A stretch of DNA of 64,000 bases, taken from NCBI GenBank assembly GCA_038874135.1, contig JAVZCZ010000001.1, positions 751,219 through 815,218 of the forward strand. Reading direction: 5' to 3'. A program made the translations under genes and the position numbers. Of this stretch, positions 18,653-28,294 are shown piece after piece. How positions within the stretch are numbered: position 1 is the stretch's first letter; each line of letters begins with the position of its first letter. The DNA comes from Candidatus Woesearchaeota archaeon. GTDB lineage: Archaea > Nanobdellota > Nanobdellia > Woesearchaeales > 0-14-0-80-44-23. The notes under the pieces were generated by a model, which was given only the letters and a program-made list of their open reading frames with translations, was not told the DNA's origin and did no database searches.

Positions 18653-21600
18653 AACGCAGCATAACTTTTGGAATAATTTTTCTACTTTTAATAGCATTAT
18701 CTCTAAAAATTTCCAGTGCGAGCTGTCCGGAAATAATACTTTCATCCAACACCACTATAAAAGATGTAGATATAAAAATAAAAGTTTCAGGGCAGACACA
18801 AGAGTCAGAATTAGTGATAAGAACGCCTTCAGGTCCGTATCGTCTTTTAGGAGATATTCCTTCCCTTACAAGCTTTACTCCAAAAGATGTAGGTAACTAC
18901 TCTGTTGAAGTTTGGCAGGACAAAGTGCTGTGTGACATAAAAAATTTTACCGCACTACCTCACAATAACTCGACACTATTCCTTCCGCCAATACTTTCCA
19001 CAGATAAAAAAGAATACCACTTAGGTGAAGCTGTTAGAATTTCACTCTCACCAGAATATTACGGTTACTCAATTGAAGGTTTAAATTTAAAACTGTTGAC
19101 AGGACAGCAATCCTACTCTCTCTTAGGGGAAATATCTGAGGATATAGAATTCCGACCTGTTTTTGAGGGTAACTATACAATTCTCTTATTAGACTCCATT
19201 GGAAATACTCTTGCTTCTGAAAGCTTTTCCGTCTACGCTTTGAATAGTTACTTTGTTAATAACTTATCTATTAAAAAACGATTTTCGGACAAATTTGAAT
19301 ACAACATCAGCACTAATTCAGAAGACATGATTGTTGAATTCTCAAACTCCTTCATTAAAAGACTAAACCTAAAGAAACTATCTTCAAGTAATCTGGCGAT
19401 AGTTAGGATTTCAGAGTTACTGCCGGAAGAGAGGAGCCGTCTGAATATTCCTACAATTGGAGGTGAAATTAAAGAATCTTTTGAATTAGATCCTTCCGCC
19501 CTAAACTTTTCAGAAGGTGAACTAACAATTGTCCCTTCAGGAAATGAGCTGTGGAAGTGCACTGATTGGAATTATGATGCTCAGTATTGTGTCGGAAGTT
19601 GGATCAAGCAGCAGAATCTTGTTCCCGGTGTTGAAAATGTAATTAAGTTTAACCTTTCCGATCCAGGATATGCTATTGTTGCAACTGCTAACATAACTTC
19701 AATAGCAGCAGCAACCCTCTCTGAAAACTCTTTTGTAGTAGCATATTGCGATGATACAAATGATAGAACTGCTTTCAAGGTTTTCTGGGCTAATGGGAGT
19801 GTAAGAACTAATGAGGTGATAGTTGATTCAACTACTGGAAATTGTGGTTACACCTCAGTTTCTGTTTCAGCACTTACCAACAACTCTTTTGTTATCGGAT
19901 GGATTGATACTGCCAGCAGTTATGCCAGCTTCGCTGTTTATGATGCCTCTGGAAATGTTATTACTCCAAGGGTGGATGTGGATACTACTGCTGGTACTTC
20001 CCGTTCTGTGAGTGTGTCTGCTTTTAATAGTTCTGCTTTTGTTTTTGGTTGGTATGATCAGGCTTCTGCTTATGCTTCTTTTAGGACTTTTAGTTCTTCT
20101 GGTGTGGCTATTTCTTCTGTTGTTAATGTGGATACTACTGCTGGTACTTGTAATGCTGTTTCTGTTTCTGCGGTTAATTCTTCTGCTTTTGTTTTTGGCT
20201 GGTATGATCAGGCTTCTTCTGATATGACTTTTCGTACTTATACTTCTTCTGGCGTTGCGATTTCTGCCGTGACTGATGTGAATACTAAGGTGGGTACTGG
20301 TTCTTTTTCTGTTTCTGTTGCTGCTTATAATTCTAGTGCTTTTGTTATTGTTTGGTATGATCAGAGGCTGGGTTATGTTAGTTTTCGTCAGTATTCTGTT
20401 GCTGGTGTTCAGATTGGGAGTCAGGTTAATCCGGATACTGCTGTTGGGACTACTGCTTCTGGTGTTTTTGTTTCTTCTGTTGGTGTGAATTCTAGTGTTT
20501 TTGCTGTGGGTTGGAATGATTTGACTACTGATGTTGTTAGTTCTGTGAGGACTTATAGTGGTGCTGGTGCTGCTGTTTCTTCTGAGGTGGTTGTGCAGGC
20601 TAATGCTTTGAAGTATAATGCTCTTGCCGGCTACTACCCTGCTACAGGCATAGGTTTCTGCAATGGAAACTTTGTAGCAATAATTGTTAATACTTCTTCG
20701 CAGGCATTTTTTAAAGCATACATGCCTAATGGAAGCGAATGGGACGGAAACTGTCCTGATGTTATACCGCCTCAAGTTGTTCTGAATAGTCCTCAGCAAG
20801 CCGCTGTCTTCTATAGTGATACTGTGGATTTTAATTTTACAGTAACCGACAATGTAGATTTAGTAATTCCAAACTGTACCCTTTGGATAAACACTTCATC
20901 AACATTCTCTCCAAACATAACAATTTACAATATAACCTCTAATAAGATGAACAACATAACTCTATCTCAAATTCCAGACAACAAATACATTTGGAATGTC
21001 AGGTGTTATGACAATGCAGGCAACTCAGCATTTGCTTCTTCAAATTTTTCATTATTTATCAACAAGAATCCACCTCAAATCTTGAACCCCCTCCTGAATG
21101 AAAGTACAGTAAATCAGAGCCATTCAGTAAAGTTTAATGTCTCAATAACCGATTCATATGGTATAGACTCTGCATATATAACTATGATGTACCCAAACGG
21201 TTCATCAAATAATTATTATCTTAATAGAAGTGGGAATGAATTTTACTTCATAATTAATAATACAATCCAGATAGGAACATATTCTGTGATATATGTGTGG
21301 GCTAATGATACCCTCGGACAAAACTCTTCTCTAACCCTTTCAGATCTCCAGTTTAATGTCACGCCTTCACCACCTGCTCAATTCAACCTTTTAAGTCCCC
21401 CGAATGCAACAGAGTCAACAAACCTGCGACCAAACTTGACTTGGGAGACATCTTACGATGAGACATTCCTTAATTATACTATTCAGATTTCTCAGGATGA
21501 AAACTTCGCAACAGTACTCTTTACATATTATAATCCGGGTGTTTATAATACTTCAAGAGTGCTGGATTATGCCCTAGAAGCGAATAAGAAATATTACTGG

Positions 21601-24600
21601 CAAGTTATTGCATACGACACCTTTGGCAATTATAAATATTCAACAAATTACTTCTCATACATAACTGACACTTTGGCACCTTCCATCGTGCTAAATATGC
21701 CGGGAAATCTTTCATTCATAAATTCTACACAAGTCAACTTTACATTTACACCTTCAGATGCTAACACGATATCAAGATGTACTCTCTACCTAAATGTCAC
21801 AGGAGCATTCCTCCCTAACACAAGTATAACTCAAGTTGTTAAAGACACTCCAAATTTAATACAAGCTGAAATTAAAGATGAGGGCGCCCACTTGTGGAAT
21901 ATCCTGTGTAATGATAGCGCAGGAAATTCTGCGTTTGCTCCTCAGAACTTCACCTTTATTTCAGATCTTAACCCGCCCTCAATACAACTATTAAGTCCTC
22001 CCAACGGCAGTACATACAACATTTCCAATTTTGTAAATTTCACTATAAATGCATCTGATAGGATATCCGCAGTATACCGCTGCACACTCATAATAAATGG
22101 ACAGCCCGTTCTTACTTCTTATTCTGTGCAGGACGGAGTGCCATACACATTTCAGTATTTCTTGCTGAATGGAAATTACTCCTGGCAGGCAGAATGTTAC
22201 GACTTAAACGGTCATTCAAACCTTTCTTATTCCTACAACATTTCAGTTTTAGTTATTGATTCAGTACCTCCAATCGTAACCTTAACTAGCCCCGCACAGG
22301 ACCAATACCTTTCCAGTAAAACAGTACTATTCAATTATACTCCGCAAGACGCTACTGGAATAAAGAACTGCACCCTATTTATTGATGGCAATGAAAACGA
22401 AACTGACTTTTCTGTTAGGAACTTGGAACCAAACTACTTCTTATTAGAATACTTAGAGGACGGGGTTCATAACTGGACTGTGCTCTGCTTTGACAATAGC
22501 AGCCAGCAGAACAGCTACGCACCCACCCCTGTAAGGTTCTCAATAGATACAACTCCGCCATCAGTAATTCTTATCTCTCCAGAAGATGGAGTTCTTACTA
22601 ATAATTCTCTAGTCACCTTTGTATACGCACCATCAGATGCAAATCTTGAAAATTGCTCCCTCTACACTAATTCTTCTAGCGAGTGGATGATGGAATCAAC
22701 AGACTTCTACCCAATTAATAATCAGCAGAATGTTTTTCAAAAATCAGTTGCGGATGGAGTTCTCGTTTGGAATGTTGTTTGTTATGATAAGGGCGGGCTC
22801 TCCAGCTTTGCTGACTTTAACCGAACATTGAATGTTGATACAACTCCGCCGCGATACGCCAATATAACTCTGATCCCGACAAGCCCAACTGAATATTCAC
22901 CTTATGGGGAGTATTACTTTAATATAACATGGATTGATGATTTTAATTTGTCATCTGTATATTTTGAGAGCAACTTTTCAGGAACCTTTGAGAATGAGAG
23001 TCCCAACCACTTTGAAAACATTTACTATGTTCACAAGACAGGTCTTAACTCAGGAACATACCAGATTAGGTGGTACGCTACTGATTCGGCAAAAAATCAG
23101 AACGAAACCCCGGCAATTCAGTATGATATAACTAAAGCAGAGCCTAACCTTACTTTAAAAATAAACAATTATTCTTATAATTTGACTGTTGAGGAAGATA
23201 GCATAGTTAATATCTCAGCAGAGCTCTTAGAGCCACCCGGAGCATACCTCTCTATTTATATTAACAATAATCTCATTACTAACGGAACTTCTCCTATTTA
23301 TACTACTTACAACTTTACAGAGCCTGGATCTTATAATGTTACTGCGAGCTTTGAAGGAAGCCAAAACTACCTTTCAGCATTCAGAACAATAATTGTAAAT
23401 GTCTCAGACACTACACCCCCAATTATAGTTCCCATCTTCCCGCAGAATAACTCATTCATAGGGGAAAATCACATTGTATTTTCTTACAATGTAACTGACA
23501 GCAGCCAAATTGCCAACTGTTCTTTATTCATAAATAGAACATTAAACCAGAGCAATACCAGCATACAGAATGGAATAAACTACTTTGAAGTTGACTTTCA
23601 AGATGGCAACTACTCCTGGCACCTCTCCTGTTATGACGAGTTTTCAAACTATGCTGAAAGCCCGGAGATATACTTCACTTCAATAAGGTCAGATAAAATA
23701 ATTGCTTCAGCACATCCTCAACAGCCGCAGTACCAAAAGGGTGAAACGGCAATACTTATAGGAAATACTACGAGCATCTTCGGAACACCATTAGATACAA
23801 ATATTTATGCTAATGTAATAAGAGGCAATACTACGATAGAATGGTGGAACACTTCATTCAAATACAGAAGGCCTATATTTATAAATAACTCAATGAACGC
23901 TTCAACATACTTGCAGGCGCTAATCAACATTTCAAACCTTAGCGCTTCAATTTCTAACTGTTCTGAACTCAGAATTGTAATGAACAACTCTTTTGAGCAC
24001 ACCCTAATCCCCTCAGAAGTACTCTTAGAAGAGGGAAATGCTTCGTGCCTGCTAAGATTTAATGCGAATGCTTCTGCACTCGCCACGAATGAGAACAACT
24101 ACTATGTATATTACGGAAACTCAGGAGCAGGAGCCCAGCAGCAGCTTCCAGAACTTGCAGGCATATCAGTACAGCGTAAGTCTGTTGTGGGAACTACAAC
24201 TTCAATCACTGATACGATGAGTGAGGTGAATACTTCAAGAGCGTTCCTGCTTTTCAGCGCCAATGTCGCCAGCTCAACTCCTGCAGTTTGGGAAATAACG
24301 GGAAGAATATTATCCTCAACGCAGGTAGTGTTTGAAAGATACTCGGGAACCACATCTGCAAATATATCCTGGCAGGTTATAGAAGGCTCAGAGATTAATG
24401 TGCAGAGGGGAACCGCATCATTTGGAGCTACACAATCAAATACTACAATACTTATAGATAGTGTTAATCTAAACGAGTCTTTCATAATAATAACCGGAAG
24501 GACCAGCAGCACCACAGCAGGGAATGCAAACATGGGCTTCTTTAGGGCAATGTTCCTTAACTCTACTGCAATTTATATTGAAAGGGCTACAACTGGAAGC

Positions 24601-26487
24601 ACTGCTGTTGCAGAATGGCAGGTAGTTTCGTGGAGTGGTGCGAGAGTGCAGAGTGGAAACATCTCTTTCATAACAGCTTCGCAGAGCGTCCCCATAGAAG
24701 AGGTTAATCTTTCCAGGAGCATGCTGATATTCAGCACTGCTGTAACTGGCAACACCAGGATAGGAGCTAACATGATTTTTGGCAACTTTACCAATTCCAC
24801 AACAGCATACTTCTCAAGAACGAATGCTGCAGGAACAGCATATGTTTCCTGGTTTGCAGTTGAGCTTCCCCAATACTACTCAGTACAAGCCGGAACAGTT
24901 TCAATCACAGCAGATACCAATGTTCAAATATACCCCGTGCGCACTGAGAAGACATTTCATCTGCACTCAGCTTCAGCAGTAGGAGCAACCAGCACTACCT
25001 ACTCTGATGCCCTAATAAGAGCCGAGCTAACAAATAGCTCAAATCTTATGCTGGATAAGGTGTCTGGCACAAATACCAACTATGTTGCCTGGTTTGTAGT
25101 AGAAGAAAAATATCTTTCAGCTAATTCGGGAATGGAAGAAGCTTTAATGGCATACAACTACAACTCCACATTGACAGGGCTTTACACTCTAAGTTGGGTT
25201 TCCGGAAAGAGCCCGGTGGGCAACTACACCTTTGTATACTCTGCAACAAAAACTAATTACTCATCTGCAAGGGCATACTCCACATTTGAGATAATTCCAG
25301 ACACAACTCCGCCCAATGTTACGCTTGTAAGCCCACTTCAACTTGAAAAGAGGGGCGTCGGAAATATAATCTTTTCCTACATACCTTATGACTTGAACCT
25401 TCTAAACTGCACACTCTACCTTGGAAAGGACGGAACTTTTTCTCCGAACATTACGAGCACGAGTCCAATAAATAATGCAGTAAACAATCTTTCAGTATAC
25501 TTAGACATCGGATTATACACTTGGAATGTGCTTTGTAGGGACAGTGAAGGAAACTCTGCATTTGCTCTGCAGAACAGGACACTTAACATAACAGGCCCAG
25601 ACCTATACCCTGTTGCTGTTTGGTTTAGCAACACGCCCAGGATTGAGACCGTTAACACAACCATCTTTGTTAACATTTCTAATAAGGGGCTTTCTGATTG
25701 TACTAAAAACTTCACTGTTGAGTTCAGGAGAAGTGGGCTGCTCATAGGCAATCTGAGTGTGCAGGGGCTGCTGATTGGCGAAGTTAAAAGCTTGAACTCT
25801 TCATTCCTGTTAGGTCCCGGCATTAATAATTTAAGTATTAGCATAGATCCTGATAACAGGATTAACGAGTCGGACGAGTCAAACAACAATGCTTATGAGG
25901 TTATTGCTGTTGAGTTTTATCAGTACTATTACGGAAATCTTAGCTTTTTACAGGTTTTGAGCAAGTCCTCAAACGAGTCTGTATTCACTTGGGAAAATTC
26001 AAATCCTGAAGATGGGGTTATTTTAGTTGCTGATATTGATTCAAAATTTGAGATTGGAAACTTAAGAGCCCTGACTCGGAATGCAAATGGGGATCCAGTT
26101 ATAAATGATCTTTCAGAATTGGATGAGGCTTTTAATTCTTCAAATCTTAACGATTCTATTAAGAATGTGTGGGGAAACGGCACTGACATTCCAATAATGA
26201 CTGCCAACTTTACGATAGGACAGTTTAATATTTCTAACGTTCCGGTAGCATATTCCAGAAATTCCACTTCTTCAATTACGGGAATACTCTGGGACTCTGC
26301 AGATGATTTAAGCCACAACCTTCAGTATGACAGCTCTGATAGGGAAGATATAGTTCTAATCACAAAGATTCACCCGTTAGCAGACTGTTCTTTTGGTAGC
26401 TGCAATTATGAGATAAGAATTCCAGCAGCTCTACGCTCTTACAAGCCTAACACCGACCTCGTAGTTTTTTACACCATGCTAAACTGA
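18649..26487 (+). CDS. Giant (2612 aa) secreted/surface protein, a paralog of the 2346-aa gene. It has a propeller-like repeat region, Ig-like modules, a DUF2341-like region, four ~85-aa repeats and CARDB.
   Basis: ATGA overlap start. The N-terminal ~330 aa and C-terminal ~350 aa are homologous to the 2346-aa protein (e.g. ELWKCTDWNYDAQYC vs ELWKCREYDFSTRSC). Repeats of ~45-51 aa with F-V-x-G-W-x-D run over ~19670-20720. 'WWNTSFKYRRPIFINN...NNYYVYYGN' at ~23840-24125 is DUF2341-like. A CARDB-like stretch lies at ~25600-25900. Confidence 0.85.
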   Translation: MKRSITFGIIFLLLIALSLKISSASCPEIILSSNTTIKDVDIKIKVSGQTQESELVIRTPSGPYRLLGDIPSLTSFTPKDVGNYSVEVWQDKVLCDIKNFTALPHNNSTLFLPPILSTDKKEYHLGEAVRISLSPEYYGYSIEGLNLKLLTGQQSYSLLGEISEDIEFRPVFEGNYTILLLDSIGNTLASESFSVYALNSYFVNNLSIKKRFSDKFEYNISTNSEDMIVEFSNSFIKRLNLKKLSSSNLAIVRISELLPEERSRLNIPTIGGEIKESFELDPSALNFSEGELTIVPSGNELWKCTDWNYDAQYCVGSWIKQQNLVPGVENVIKFNLSDPGYAIVATANITSIAAATLSENSFVVAYCDDTNDRTAFKVFWANGSVRTNEVIVDSTTGNCGYTSVSVSALTNNSFVIGWIDTASSYASFAVYDASGNVITPRVDVDTTAGTSRSVSVSAFNSSAFVFGWYDQASAYASFRTFSSSGVAISSVVNVDTTAGTCNAVSVSAVNSSAFVFGWYDQASSDMTFRTYTSSGVAISAVTDVNTKVGTGSFSVSVAAYNSSAFVIVWYDQRLGYVSFRQYSVAGVQIGSQVNPDTAVGTTASGVFVSSVGVNSSVFAVGWNDLTTDVVSSVRTYSGAGAAVSSEVVVQANALKYNALAGYYPATGIGFCNGNFVAIIVNTSSQAFFKAYMPNGSEWDGNCPDVIPPQVVLNSPQQAAVFYSDTVDFNFTVTDNVDLVIPNCTLWINTSSTFSPNITIYNITSNKMNNITLSQIPDNKYIWNVRCYDNAGNSAFASSNFSLFINKNPPQILNPLLNESTVNQSHSVKFNVSITDSYGIDSAYITMMYPNGSSNNYYLNRSGNEFYFIINNTIQIGTYSVIYVWANDTLGQNSSLTLSDLQFNVTPSPPAQFNLLSPPNATESTNLRPNLTWETSYDETFLNYTIQISQDENFATVLFTYYNPGVYNTSRVLDYALEANKKYYWQVIAYDTFGNYKYSTNYFSYITDTLAPSIVLNMPGNLSFINSTQVNFTFTPSDANTISRCTLYLNVTGAFLPNTSITQVVKDTPNLIQAEIKDEGAHLWNILCNDSAGNSAFAPQNFTFISDLNPPSIQLLSPPNGSTYNISNFVNFTINASDRISAVYRCTLIINGQPVLTSYSVQDGVPYTFQYFLLNGNYSWQAECYDLNGHSNLSYSYNISVLVIDSVPPIVTLTSPAQDQYLSSKTVLFNYTPQDATGIKNCTLFIDGNENETDFSVRNLEPNYFLLEYLEDGVHNWTVLCFDNSSQQNSYAPTPVRFSIDTTPPSVILISPEDGVLTNNSLVTFVYAPSDANLENCSLYTNSSSEWMMESTDFYPINNQQNVFQKSVADGVLVWNVVCYDKGGLSSFADFNRTLNVDTTPPRYANITLIPTSPTEYSPYGEYYFNITWIDDFNLSSVYFESNFSGTFENESPNHFENIYYVHKTGLNSGTYQIRWYATDSAKNQNETPAIQYDITKAEPNLTLKINNYSYNLTVEEDSIVNISAELLEPPGAYLSIYINNNLITNGTSPIYTTYNFTEPGSYNVTASFEGSQNYLSAFRTIIVNVSDTTPPIIVPIFPQNNSFIGENHIVFSYNVTDSSQIANCSLFINRTLNQSNTSIQNGINYFEVDFQDGNYSWHLSCYDEFSNYAESPEIYFTSIRSDKIIASAHPQQPQYQKGETAILIGNTTSIFGTPLDTNIYANVIRGNTTIEWWNTSFKYRRPIFINNSMNASTYLQALINISNLSASISNCSELRIVMNNSFEHTLIPSEVLLEEGNASCLLRFNANASALATNENNYYVYYGNSGAGAQQQLPELAGISVQRKSVVGTTTSITDTMSEVNTSRAFLLFSANVASSTPAVWEITGRILSSTQVVFERYSGTTSANISWQVIEGSEINVQRGTASFGATQSNTTILIDSVNLNESFIIITGRTSSTTAGNANMGFFRAMFLNSTAIYIERATTGSTAVAEWQVVSWSGARVQSGNISFITASQSVPIEEVNLSRSMLIFSTAVTGNTRIGANMIFGNFTNSTTAYFSRTNAAGTAYVSWFAVELPQYYSVQAGTVSITADTNVQIYPVRTEKTFHLHSASAVGATSTTYSDALIRAELTNSSNLMLDKVSGTNTNYVAWFVVEEKYLSANSGMEEALMAYNYNSTLTGLYTLSWVSGKSPVGNYTFVYSATKTNYSSARAYSTFEIIPDTTPPNVTLVSPLQLEKRGVGNIIFSYIPYDLNLLNCTLYLGKDGTFSPNITSTSPINNAVNNLSVYLDIGLYTWNVLCRDSEGNSAFALQNRTLNITGPDLYPVAVWFSNTPRIETVNTTIFVNISNKGLSDCTKNFTVEFRRSGLLIGNLSVQGLLIGEVKSLNSSFLLGPGINNLSISIDPDNRINESDESNNNAYEVIAVEFYQYYYGNLSFLQVLSKSSNESVFTWENSNPEDGVILVADIDSKFEIGNLRALTRNANGDPVINDLSELDEAFNSSNLNDSIKNVWGNGTDIPIMTANFTIGQFNISNVPVAYSRNSTSSITGILWDSADDLSHNLQYDSSDREDIVLITKIHPLADCSFGSCNYEIRIPAALRSYKPNTDLVVFYTMLN
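19969..20624 (+). repeat. Propeller-blade cassette copy 1. This 656-bp block is identical to 30550-31205, and its coding strand is G+T-rich.
   Basis: Base-by-base reading matches at an offset of 10581. Three reading frames translate identically in the ORF track: the sense frame, antisense 19867..20799 vs 30460..31284, and +frame 20012..20227 vs 30593..30808. Line 20041-20100 contains 7 A and 9 C out of 60 nt. Confidence 0.95.
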
Positions 26488-26655
26488 GTTCAAATGTTTC
26501 TTTACATTTAGTTATCTAGTTTATCTATTAATATATTTAATATAATAAATTAATTATTTTAATTTATTAAGTTAAATATTTTTTTAATTAATTTATTATT
26601 TTAATAACTTAATCAGCAAGTTTTAAAACCCCTATTAACTTATTAAAAATCTAAG

Positions 26656-27150
26656 ATGCCAATTTTAAAGAAAGAGCAACCAACTGCATTTCAGGAGCCA
26701 CCTAAAGAAGTGCCGCCCTTGGCGCGGGAGATAATTGAAAGGAGCAAGATAGCTGGGCATACCGAACTTCCTCAGGAACTTCCACGAATTGCCGAATTGG
26801 TTGAAAGCCCAAAACAGGAATATCCAATACCACAAGAGTCAGCTCACGCTTCCGACGACATAAAAGAAGTGAAAGAACGCCTTGAACGAATAGAATCCTT
26901 GCTCAGAACTGCTGTTCCGGGAAAATATCTCATACTGAGAGATGGGAAAGTACTTAAGAACATTGCCGATTTGAGAAGCGCTTTAGCCACGATGAGTTCG
27001 GAAACATTCAATTTGCATGTCAACTTTGAGAGGAATGACTTTGCAAATTGGGTTAGGAATGTCTTCTTGGAAAAAGAGCTTGCTGATAAGTTGGATGGAG
27101 CCACGAGCAGGGCTCAGATGATTAGAATTTTAAACGAATATTTTGACTGA
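26656..27150 (+). CDS. Small cytoplasmic protein carrying a conserved ~70-aa C-terminal module shared with two membrane proteins of the locus.
   Basis: 'LILRDGKVLKNIADLRSAL..SETFNLHVNFERNDFANWVRNVF' aligns with the C-termini of the 844-aa ORF (35335..37869) and the 793-aa ATPase ORF. It has no signal peptide. Confidence 0.6.
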   Translation: MPILKKEQPTAFQEPPKEVPPLAREIIERSKIAGHTELPQELPRIAELVESPKQEYPIPQESAHASDDIKEVKERLERIESLLRTAVPGKYLILRDGKVLKNIADLRSALATMSSETFNLHVNFERNDFANWVRNVFLEKELADKLDGATSRAQMIRILNEYFD

Positions 27151-27327
27151 GAAATTCTTAAGTTTTCTTCTCGTGAAGACAAAGTTTATTTTTAAACGAA
27201 ATCCCATTTGAACATTTTTAAGTTATATAATTCTTTATTTTTAATAAAAAAGAATTTTAATCCGTTATAATTAAAAAATAAGCATTTTAATGGTTTTTTT
27301 TATAGATTTTTTATGATTTTTTTTAGA

Positions 27328-27341
27328 AATATTTATATATT
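27328..27341 (+). promoter_or_regulatory. Putative BRE/TATA element AAATATTTATATAT, the same 14-mer as at 5675-5688.
   Basis: It lies in a 300-bp AT-rich intergenic region upstream of 27454 and has a TTTATATA core. Confidence 0.35.
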
Positions 27342-27378
27342 AGTATACCTTTTTGTAGTTTAAATTAATAAAAAAGTT

Positions 27379-27413
27379 ATTGGTATACTGCAATGATTAA
27401 AAAGTATACCAAT
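27379..27413. promoter_or_regulatory. Perfect 10-bp inverted repeat ATTGGTATAC-N15-GTATACCAAT, a candidate operator.
   Basis: The arms at 27379-27388 and 27404-27413 are exact reverse complements. A third GTATAC core lies at ~27343-27348. The repeat sits between the TATA-like element and the ATG at 27454. Confidence 0.4.
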
Positions 27414-27453
27414 AGCTTATTTACAAGCTTAAAGCAAGCAAGAGGGTGTCAAC

Positions 27454-28224
27454 ATGAAAAGGCGAATCAAAAACTTAGGAGCAATAGCCTCCTTCCTGGC
27501 TTTGTTGCTAGCAGCAGCAGTTCTGGCAGAACCTCAACAGGAGCCAATAGGTCCTGACAGCATAAACCAGTTAGGCTCCAGCAGGCATACCCCCGCAGCT
27601 ATTCCATCACGCCCAGCATATGCAGGAAACGTAACTGAACTTTCAGTCTATACTCAGACCACAACACTCGGCTGGCAAGGTTACTATGGAAATGTAACGG
27701 GTACAATAGTTCTTGATGATGCTAATAATCACACAATGTATGACTGGGCAATTGCACATCCAGAAGGAGAAATCTATGCAGTAATCCAACCAGTAGCTGA
27801 TTGGGACCAGGTTTCATGTGCAACTCCAGCTCAGATAAGTACGATAGAAAACAACACTTACAAGTTTAACACTTATCCGAACGGAACACTAAAGCCCTCA
27901 TTAGATGCAGACAGCATTACAAACACATTTGCAGCAAACTTTGATGGAGACTTTTATGTCGGCTCAACACGAATAAATGCTACATCCGGGTGTAAGGCAG
28001 CATACCTCTATGTCAATGATGCTCCAGACCCGTCAAAGAAGTTTACTGAGACATTGCTATACGACCAGGTGAATGCTAATCTCATCTTCACAGCAATCCT
28101 GGTAGAGAATACGGCAACAGGATTTGACGGGCTGCCTCACGACTTTCAGATGATAGTAGCAGAGAACGGTCACAATGGAGATGAAACCACAACAACATAC
28201 TACTTTTATGTAGAACTGCAATAA
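27454..28224 (+). CDS. Secreted protein, family A paralog 1, unknown function.
   Basis: The signal peptide is NLGAIASFLALLLAAAVLA, and GAGGGTG SD lies upstream. It is paralogous to 28495..29187 (shared 'YxGNVTG..VL.D..N...YDW', 'FDFQMIV', C-terminal 'YY.YVEL'). Confidence 0.7.
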   Translation: MKRRIKNLGAIASFLALLLAAAVLAEPQQEPIGPDSINQLGSSRHTPAAIPSRPAYAGNVTELSVYTQTTTLGWQGYYGNVTGTIVLDDANNHTMYDWAIAHPEGEIYAVIQPVADWDQVSCATPAQISTIENNTYKFNTYPNGTLKPSLDADSITNTFAANFDGDFYVGSTRINATSGCKAAYLYVNDAPDPSKKFTETLLYDQVNANLIFTAILVENTATGFDGLPHDFQMIVAENGHNGDETTTTYYFYVELQ

Positions 28225-28294
28225 GGGAAAGCCATACTTGCTTTCTCTTATTAATTTTCACCTCCAGGCGAGGCGAGCAAGCGAGTGATGAAAA

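Noticed and set aside
19867-20799. Antisense ORFs of 310 aa here and 274 aa at 30460..31284, plus a +2-frame 71-aa Leu-rich ORF at 20012..20227 and 30593..30808.
   Set aside because: The cause is the same compositional artefact, since stop triplets require A. The products are low-complexity, and the sense frame encodes a coherent repeat domain. These ORFs are useful only as independent proof that the two copies are identical at the nucleotide level.
26488-26655. An AT-rich stretch with reiterated taatttatt/ttaattaa units might look like a repeat array.
   Set aside because: It is irregular low-complexity AT-rich intergenic DNA without constant repeat or spacer periodicity. It is most simply a promoter/terminator region, not a CRISPR array or structured repeat.
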